The position numbers were made by a program, and so were the translations under genes. The notes beneath the pieces were generated by a model, which was not told the origin of the DNA, did no database searches, and worked only from the letters and a program-made list of their open reading frames with translations. A stretch of 32,700 nt of DNA from Atractiella rhizophila (taxonomy: Eukaryota): the NCBI GenBank assembly GCA_021432655.1, contig MU271585.1:1-32700 (forward strand), written 5' to 3'. Positions 23,928 to 32,700 of this stretch are shown here, one piece after another (the first letter of the stretch is position 1; each line of letters opens with the position of its first letter).

Positions 23928-26900
23928 ATGCGACCGTCCAATTCTGCTTCGACGACCGCAACGGCCACGACGGGCAACAGCACCCAACCCTCGAATTCAA
24001 CGACCATGTCCTCCCTCGACGCCCTCCAGGCCGTCTCCAACGGGGGAGAGGAGAACGCAGAGCAGCCAGATCCCGTGTGCAATGGATGCAAATTGCAATT
24101 GGAGGAGAGCAACGACACGGTCGTCGTCTCCCTCGGTAACTCCCTCTGGCACGTAGACTGGTACGTCCTCTCTCTCCTTTCTTCCTTTCATGGGTTGGCG
24201 TCGATCGTGCATTTTCATTTTGGTCCCGATCCAAAAACAGCTTGTGAGTTCTCCGTCTACCCTTCGGCGAAGAGATATCTGACCAGTGATGGTTCGATTA
24301 GTCGATGTGCGAAATGCCAAAACCTAGTAAAGCACGAGACGAACGTCCTCCTCCTCTCGGATGGTTCTCCCAGTCTGCGACAACTGTTCCTACATCTGCT
24401 GCGTCTGCAATCTTCCCATCAACAACGAGGCCATCGTCACCGGTCCGTCCTTCCTTCCTTCATGTCGTAAACCGACAACGATGCTGACGGTGATGATGCA
24501 GGCGACGAGTCGTACCATGCCGAATGCTTCCGTTGTAAATCGTGTCAGCAGAGGATGGACGAACTCATTTTCGCGAAAACGGCAAGAGGCATTTATTGCA
24601 TGCCTTGCCATAACGAGCGGGTGGCGCGAAGCAGGAAGGCAGAGGCGAAGAAGAGGGGTCAAAAGGAAAAGGTCTGCTCCCATCTCCCCTAACTTCACTC
24701 GTTCTCGAACATGCATTTATATCTTACGGCGTAACGGATTACAGAGCTCACGAGTTCGAACGCCAAACTCTGCGACGACTTCGTACCCCGATACCCCTCT
24801 CTCGACCCACATGCTTCCCAACTCTTCTGCATCCACCAACGGCTACTCTCCCATCCAAACTCCCAACGGGACCTTCGAATCCTTCACCCTGCTCCCAAAC
24901 CCAAAACCATCCGTCCCTGACCTTCCACCCTCCATGTCCTCCTCACCGCCGGACCCTCGCAGGCCGAAAACGGCTCCAGATAGAGATGCAAACGGCGGTT
25001 TGGCGCGGCCGCAGCTTGGTGGAAGAGGGCAGAGCTCTACATCGACGAATGGGAGTGGAAGTGCGGGACAGGACGGATATGCGACGAGCAGCAGCAGTCC
25101 GGCACTCGTGAACGGGAGTGGAAGCGGGAACGGGATGAATGGTCCAAACATCATCGTCCGGGCGTCGGAAGAGGACCATGCGCCTCTGCCTTCGAGCTCT
25201 GTGACGGCAGGTCTGGAGAGGAGGATCAATGGACCGCGTCGGCCCAACTTTGGAGGTGTGGCGGTCCATCAGAGGCAACATTCTTCTTCCTCCGATCGCG
25301 ATCGCGAACGAGAAAGGGAGGATTCTTCATCCCTCGCCCCGTCCAAGCAGTCTTCCAGAGCGGCGAATAGACGATCGGGCTTCTATGGCGCTGGATCTAT
25401 GGAGGAATCTGTGGGACAGGCCGCGGTGCAGGGCAGGGATAGGAGCATGAGCGAGCCCGGGAAGGCGCTCATGGATTCCATTGCGGAGACGGAGGGAGGA
25501 ACGATCGAATCTGATTCGACGGAAGCTCCCCTCACCCCTCCCAATCAGCTTCAGAACCAGTACACCAACTTACAAATCAATCTCGATAGCTCCCCGCCCT
25601 CGATTCCCAACATGCATAATTCGATCTCTTTCTACGATCCTGATATCCTAGTATTCTTGGACGCGGTCCATGACCCCGATAGTGCGTTTGGGAACTCGCC
25701 TAAGACGCCGAAGGCGGTCAAGAAGGATCAGTCCCAGGAACTTGGGAGGACGAAAGACGGATCGGGACCGATTGTCCAGCCTAAGACCATGGTCATGTCC
25801 CCCGTAGAGATGGAGAGGGGAGCGAGTGCAGGGACGGAAGAGACGATTGAGAGGTTGGCGGACGATGAGGAAGACGATCCAGAACTCGTGGAAAAGGTCA
25901 GGTCGGCGATGGGGAGGAAGAGGGCTGGAGAAACCGTCGAAATCGATGCTGGATTGGTCGAAAAGCTACTTGGGCAGTTGGGAGAGTCGAAGAGGTCTCT
26001 CAATGAGGTTCAGGGCAAATATAACGAGTTCAGAGTGCGTTTTCACGTCTTTTATGATGGAGTAGAGTGTCAATTGATTGATTGGTGTGATAGCGAGCGA
26101 GCAGGACGGCTTTTGAGGGGTTCAGTATGGCGAGGGAGGAGTATGATAAAGAGGTGGCATCGAGGAAGGAAATGGAGTCCCTCATTATCCGGCTACAACA
26201 GCGGTTGGCGGAGCAGGCTGGTCAACTCGCCAAGCTCGATAAAGTGCATAGGGACAGTGATGCCATCCAGAGGAGAAGTAAGGAGCTGAGGCATTCTGTG
26301 AACCAGATGGGCGATGAGCTCTCCCGGTTGAGAATGGAGAGGGATATGACGGTGGCTGAGATGGAGGAGCTTGCGTAAGCCTGTTTTTGTTTCAGGGGAG
26401 AGGATTACTCACATTTTAGGCTTGGGAATAGTGATCAGGGGAAGGACAGTCGTCCGGAAACTTCTCTTGCTGCTAGACTCGATGATATCAAGGAACAATA
26501 TCGTTTAGAGATCATGGAACTGGTCGAGGAACGGAACCGGTTGCACGAGGAAGTCGAAGAGCTTCGACAAACGCGTGATGTCTTTGCAGAGGAGACCGCC
26601 AATCTCAACACCCGCAACGTTGAGTTATCGGAACAAAACATGGACGCCTCTCGCAAGCTCGATGACGCCAGAGAAGCCCTGAACAGACTTCAGATTCAAG
26701 GCGCTCCCCTCCTCCGCACGACCACTTCCGATGAGGCGACAACGCCTTCCTCCCTCCGTCCCTCCAATTACGATACGGCATCCATCCCCTCCCCCGCCTC
26801 CTCCTCCCAGGCTCCAATCAACGCCGCCGTCGCCCGCAATCGTGGGAAACCGATGGAATCTGACAACGTCCCAACCTTCAGAAAGAAGAAGAATTGGCTG

Positions 26901-28023
26901 ACGGGTAAGGCGGCTCCTGACCCTCGTACGAATGGCTCGGTCGCGAAACCAGCCGTGGCTCCATTGCAGCAGCAGAGGAATAATTCGAACGAGTATGGAA
27001 CGAGACAACATGCCTGGCAACAGACTAGCATCTTGAGACCTGTCCGTTGCGAGTTCTGCGGTGATAAGATGTGGGGATTACAAGAATATCGTTGCGCTGG
27101 TTTGTCTTCCTCTCCACAATTTACTCTTCGTGTTGACATAGCAAAAGCTTGCGGATCCTACTGTCATGCCAAATGCACGAGCGCGTTCACCTCCCCTTGC
27201 GGGTCACTGTCGAACGGTGCACCTGAGTCAGAAGCAACCTCTGAACCTGCTGCTCCTAGCCTTTTCGGTAACGATCTTACCACTCAGGCCATATTGGAGG
27301 ATCGTCCTATCCCTACAATAATCACAAAGTGTATTGCTGCCGTTGAAGCTATCGGTACGGATTTCATTTCTTGTATCATGCAAACCGCTGACCCTCCGTC
27401 AAGGGATGGAATACGAAGGGATCTATCGGAAGACAGGCGGATCGGCTCAAACGAAACTCGTCACAGCTTGTTTCGAAAAGGGTGAACCGTTCGATCTTGA
27501 AGATTCGGATCGCTTCAACGACATCGCCGCAGTTACCAGTGCATTCAAGAACTACCTTCGTTCACTTCCTATTCCTCTTTTCACCTTTGAGCATCATGAG
27601 TCCTTCATGGCCGTTGCAAGTGAGTTCCTCCCATCCATGGTGCTTGATTTCCAGTTCTGACGATAGTATTCAGCCATGTCAGAGGCAGACGGTCGAACGG
27701 AGGTGCTCGAGAAGCTTCTTCATATGCTACCCGAGATTCATTTCAACACTGTCAAGTTCATCATGACCCACTTGCATAGAGTCCACCTGGCCTCAGAGGA
27801 AAATAAAATGACATCTTCCAATTTGGGAGTCGTGTTTGGACGTGAGTCTATCCTTCTGTTCGTATTCAGATGAAGCTGACATGATCTGGTGAAAGCGACT
27901 TTGCTGCGGTCTTCGAATCCCGCTAGAGAGTTTTCTGATATGGGATCCAAAGCTAAAATCGTCGAAGTTCTCGTCGAGAACGCAGTTCAATTATTCTCAC
28001 AGCCTTATCAGAGCTTTTTCTAA
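23928..28023 (+). CDS. Rho GTPase-activating protein with two N-terminal LIM domains, coiled coil, C1 domain and RhoGAP domain (Rga1/Rga2-like); one apparent frameshift near 24370
   Basis: LIM1 CNGC..WHVDCFRCAKC..VCDNC; LIM2 CCVC..YHAECFRCKSC..YCMPC; C1 HAWQQ..RCEFC..YCHAKC; RhoGAP EGIYRKTGG (arginine finger), AFKNYLRSLPIPLF and ENKMTSSNLGVVFGPTL. Stop TAA 28021-28023. Start could be 23928 or 24006. Confidence 0.9.
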
Positions 28024-28612
28024 CTTGTGATTATCTCCGTTTGTCATGTTTACAGAAAAGGAAAATGAAGAGGACAATAATCGAACTTGTTTCAGTTAGC
28101 TGTTTGTGTTCATAGCACTTTCTGTTGCGTTCGGTTTCTCTTCGTCTTTTCACACTCCTTCTTTCGATTTACCATCAAGGCTGTCAAGATGAATTTCGAT
28201 ACTATTGTTTTGATAACTCCAGGTTTTTCTTTCCGCTTCGTCACGTCCTTAACTTGTTTTCTCTGCATCGAAGGTAACTCTGGCCAGTCCTAGATTTTGT
28301 CTCAAGGCTTTCTTTGTCGCCATTCTTCTTTCCGTTTGTGATTTATGGTTGCTCCTCTTTCGCCTTTGTTCGACTATCGTCATCCTACTTCATGTCGTTG
28401 ATACCCCACCTTACCGATTGGTTTTCTTTCAGGCTGTTGATTACTATACATTGGGACTCGTTTGCAGAAATGGAATGTGTCCTCTCACAAGACAACTATC
28501 TGCCGTTTGATGCCTGCAAATGAGCAATTTCCGAAAGAGGAAATGCATAATCTCAGGCAAACTAAAACTTGAGAGAACCAACACCTCAGGTTGCGACGGT
28601 CGTAAAGCAGCT

Positions 28613-29534
28613 ATGCAATCTCCCATGTATCCCTCACCTCTCTCTGCGGTGCCTCGAGATCGTTCCTCTCTCGCTTCGCAGCTGACTGTGGACTCCTCGC
28701 ATTCGAGCACCCGTTTCTCGACACTATCGGTGGGCCCCAGTGCCAGTGGTAGCGCTCCCTCCAGCAAGAGGACGTCCTTGATTTACGACCGTCCAATCAA
28801 CAAAACGAAGAATTCCGAGGTTGCTCTGAGCGCTTGGGAGTTTTGGTTCAGTGAGATTGTGCAGTACACCCAAGGACGAGTCGCGGGGATTGCTGATTTT
28901 GAAAAGAAGTTCGTCTTTCTCTTCTTGATACAAATGCACAAGTTGATTCTTCTTTGCAGGTTGAATACGCTGGGTTACCGCGTAGGATTGTCCCTCGTCG
29001 AGCTCTATCCTCTCCGGGATTCCTTACACAGTTCTTCCTCTTCCTCCACTTCCTACCTCTCCCGCTCTGCTCCACCAACACGGATCCTCCGACTCCTTCC
29101 CCTCCTCTCCTACATCCACACCACGCTCTATCGGCACCTCTTTGGACGAGCAGCTGACAGTCTAGAGAAGAGCACAGATAATGAGGACGAGTACATGTTG
29201 GGAGATAACAACCCGACACTCACGAGGAGCATCAATGTCCCAAGAGAAATGAGCCAGCTTTGTTGTATGGCTTTTGTGGCGGGTATCGTGGAGGCATTCA
29301 TGGATGGAATGGGGTTTGTACGTTTGTGCCATCCTGTCTTACCTTCAAAAGAGCATTGACGCATATCCTGGGCAGCCTGCACGAGTAACGGCACACAATG
29401 TACCAACGGACCAGTTCCCAAGAAAGTGCATTATCCTCATCAAACTAGACCGGTTCGTTTTTCCCTCTGCTGCCTTGGGTGTCTAAGAAACTTTGATATT
29501 CAGGTCAGTGATGGAACGAGAAGCAGCATTCTGA
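28613..29534 (+). CDS. TRS31: TRAPP complex subunit Trs31 / TRAPPC5 (Bet3 family), 4 exons
   Basis: IYDRPINKTKNSEVALSAWEFWFSEIVQY, LNTLGYRVG, LFGRAADSLEKS..EYM, QLCCMAFVAGIVEA, PARVTAH and the C-terminal LIKLDRSVMEREAAF*. Confidence 0.92.
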
Positions 29535-29629
29535 CGTCGAAAGATGTACAACACTTTTGTGACTTGCAATATGATGGGCACCAAAGTAAACAGATCCACT
29601 CTAGAGAAGCGATAGAAACTGGGACAGAA

Positions 29630-31374
29630 CTAACGGCGACGGTCATCCCTATCCCTGTCGCTATACCGTGGTCGCTTCCTCTCCTCATCCCGTTCCCGAC
29701 TTCGACTTCTGCTCCTCCGCCGACTGCGCTCCTTGTCATATGTGTCCCTGTCCCTTCCTCCATCCCTCTCCCTCGCATGATCTCTCTCTCGCTCTCTCCT
29801 CCCTCCCCACCCACTATCCCTCTCCTTTCCACCATCCCATTCCCTTCTTTTCTGCCTCTGCCTACCATCTTCACGATCCACGTCCATCCCCACACCTTTC
29901 CATCGTTGACTCGCCTCCGCCTCCCTTTCATCCTGTCCTTTTGGAGGGAAAGGGCAATCCTTCCGTGCGTGATCGAGGTAGCCACAATTGTAGCAGCCTT
30001 GTTGTTGTTGATTTGACTGGATTCCGTAATAAGCACCTTCGCCTTTTCGACCACCTTTTTCGGCTGCCCATCCAGCTTGTCGGTCCGTCGTATCCTACTC
30101 AGAAAGTGATCAGGGATACGTCGTGATTGAAAGACTGGGATAGAGAAGACGGACCTCAGCTACCAAATGAGTCCATTTCGTCCGTGACATCTTCCCAAAA
30201 TCTCTCACTTGCAAGACTTTCGGAAGAGCGGTCGCATCTTTGATTGTCCCTTCAGTAGGTGCAGAATAGTCGTGCTTCTTCATAATCTCGTCATCCTAAA
30301 CCCAAATTGTTAAGGCTTCCTTCCAATCGGCGAGAGTAAAGAGAACGAAACGTACGGCATAAAAAGCACCCTTATGATGATATTTCTGCAAAAAGACTTG
30401 CTTGCCCTTCTGCTTCTCCTCCCTCGTCTTCCGTGCATGCTCTAAATCTTCTTTGAGTCTTACAGCTTCTGGCAACGCGCGGCGGGCTTCAACTTCCTCC
30501 CGCTCTTTCTCCCGCCTGTTGATCCCGTTAGAAAAGTGAACCGTACGAGGAGATTAAGGGACATACGCATAACGCTCCTCTTTATCCCTCGCAAGTCGCT
30601 TGAGCTCCCTCAGCTTCCATTCCTCGAATTCCGCCTCCGGATCAAGTCCATCCGTATCGTCAAGGAAAGGAAATATATCTTCTTTCTCCTCTATCATCCA
30701 ATAGACATCAAAGCGTCAATGCGGAATTCACAATGGAGAGGAAAAGGGGAGGAGAAAGGAGATAAACGCACTGTCAGCTAATGTACGGGACAAGGTTTCT
30801 TCCACCAGTTTATGTGCCGACGCTTTACGTTCCGCCTCTTCTGCAGCTCGACGTGTCTCCTCTTCCTCGTATGAAAGGGTGGTCGGGGCTGTATTGCGGT
30901 CTCGTCTGCCAGCGACACATTATGAGCTGGAAAGGGGTCAAGTAGAGGGACAGACGTACTTTGAGATGAAGGCTGGTTTGTAGAGCGGTTTAGGTGCAGG
31001 TTCTTCTTCACTTGATTCCTCTGATGAAGACTCTTCTGATTCGGATTCCTACACATATTGAGTTAATAGGGCAGTTCAGCAAAACCCATCAAATAAATAC
31101 GTGCCTCCTCCTCCTCCTCCTCCTCTTTTACTCGACTCAAGAGCTCTTCAGCCTCCTTCTTAATCCTCATCTCTAATCTCCCAAATACCACATTATCTAC
31201 CATCCAGCTTTGCATTGCTGGAAACAACCGGAAAGACGTACCTTCGTCAAACCTCCTCCTTTCTTCCTCCACCAATTTCTCATCCTTAATCACGACTTTC
31301 GCTTTCGCGACTTTCTTTTTCTGTCCAATCACCCGCGCTGCAGCAGGGACGGTCAAATCCACCACCTTGTCCTC
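29630..31374 (-). CDS. MFAP1-family spliceosomal B-complex protein with C-terminal CCHC zinc knuckle and R/D-rich tail; 5' exon(s) not found
   Basis: Spliced minus strand gives an acidic stretch, KPLYKPAFISK, DDTDGLDPEAEFEEWKLRELKRL, QKYHHKGAFY, DYSAPTEG, LPKVLQVRDFGKMSRTKWTHL and CYNCGYLDHARKDC. Stop TAG at 29630. Confidence 0.85.
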
Positions 31375-31424
31375 TATGAGGAGGGTCAGATGTACTCCGA
31401 ACCCTACCCAACCTACACAAACGG

Positions 31425-32700
31425 TAAGCAGGAATAGCGTTGTAGTTATACCAGCTAGCTTAACACCAGCTATTGACGGCGGTACAAGTTCAAACGAGAG
31501 GAAAGCTTTCAACGATCGCTTTTAATACCCACTCCCTTCTTCAGCTCGACCCGAACCCGAACTTTCGCGCTTCGACTCCACCCTTAGTCTAGTTAGCGAA
31601 AATACTGTAAACGCCCGCAGGAGCCCTCTCCTCCTACGAGGGGGCGTTAGCTGCTGGTTGTACTGGTACGGTTTGGTAGGCAGGCTTTTGAAGCTAAGAG
31701 GGGTACAGGTACCCGTACTTTCTAGAGGTCTTCGAGGTTGCTTGTCGGTTCTTTCGTGGTTACATGTATGAATGAAGGCGTGAGTCCCCGTGTTTCCTAG
31801 CACCCCCTGTCCAAAACTAACGCCTCCATCATGCCACAAGCATGTGCCTTGACCCTCGAGTCCGACTACTCGCCCAACCTACAGGGCTCAAAAGAAGAAG
31901 CGCTGACGAGGGCACATTTACTAGACAAACCTATTCTACGCGAAGTTATATCACCTTCGACTTATTACTCTACCAGCCGGCGGGTTTGCCCACCTAAACC
32001 TCCTTCTTAAACCCCGAAGAGTTAGGTCTCGTCATCCAACGTCGGGACGAGTTAGCGCTGGACAAGCGCTCTTCCAGTTACTGGAAGGACGCAGCTACAA
32101 CGCTTTGAACAAGGGAAAGGAACTAAGCAGGTCGAGTATGGAAGGATAGTGTACTTCACCCCTGCAACTGCAAACCTTCGCTCTGTGTGGTCGGTGACGG
32201 TTTCACCGGTGCTCGAAAGAACTCATAGACGTTGTTGAGTCGCGAGTCGCGAGTCTGAATCTATTAGCGCTTGTCAACCGTATCAAAGCGTGAGGGAAAC
32301 ATTGAACTTTAACCGCTCGCTGCTGGTCTTTCCTTCTAACGGTTGTCGACTTATCTTCTATCTCTCTCTGGTCTGTGCAGTATAATGCGTTTTACGTTGT
32401 GCGAGGTGTTCGAACTTTCGAAGTGGCATCTAGGAATAATCTCTCCATAGTAAGGAAAACGACTTTCGCGCTTTTATTGTGCACTACCACTCCAAACTCT
32501 CTATTCTAAACTGCAGAGGACGAGTAGGAGAAGTCGGTGTGAACTCTTACGGAGGTGGTCGTCATCGTGGGTGGGCGCGGCGGTGTGCAATATCTTTTCC
32601 CTTCCCCCGCTGAGAGGGTCGCTCGCTATGAAGTCTAAGTCTCTTGCTGCTACGACGGGTTCACGTCCACCTCCTCCTCGGACTCGCCGCTTAACCCCCG
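31425..32700. other. Degenerate, TpA-rich non-genic sequence (possible decayed repeat or pseudogene)
   Basis: No credible long ORF. Visibly rich in CTA/TAG/TTA. One plus-strand frame near 31950-32125 reads protein-like but is broken by TAA/TGA. No transposon domain recognised. Confidence 0.35.

Noticed and set aside
29426..30126. Overlapping 152-196-aa ORFs on both strands
   Set aside because: By-products of the purine-rich R/D/E tail of the MFAP1-like gene.

Overview
Gene-dense, intron-rich eukaryotic DNA, most consistent with a basidiomycete fungus: introns are mostly about 45-80 nt GT-AG with CTRAY branch points, and there is a basidiomycete-style F-box family. In order, the window holds: the 3' part of a Rieske/ferredoxin-reductase (AIF-like) gene; two hypothetical genes; a DUF1771-Smr nuclease-family gene ending in a CaaX-like motif; 40S ribosomal protein S8 (RPS8); a low-complexity hypothetical gene; a 1364-bp-period tandem duplication of an F-box-like gene; a multi-KH RNA-binding protein; a LIM-C1-RhoGAP; TRAPP subunit Trs31; an MFAP1-like splicing factor lacking a visible 5' end; and a degenerate TpA-rich tail. 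The most interesting signals are (1) RPS8 needing a 2-nt micro-exon directly upstream of an intron that carries a box C/D snoRNA clamped by a ~19-bp inverted repeat, (2) the tandem F-box copy that lost its first exon and gained a new in-frame start from its neighbour's 3' flank, and (3) a 3-nt micro-exon plus an unexplained +1 frameshift in the RhoGAP LIM region. No tRNA, rRNA, CRISPR array or intact transposon was recognised. Exon boundaries were worked out by eye and no searches were run.
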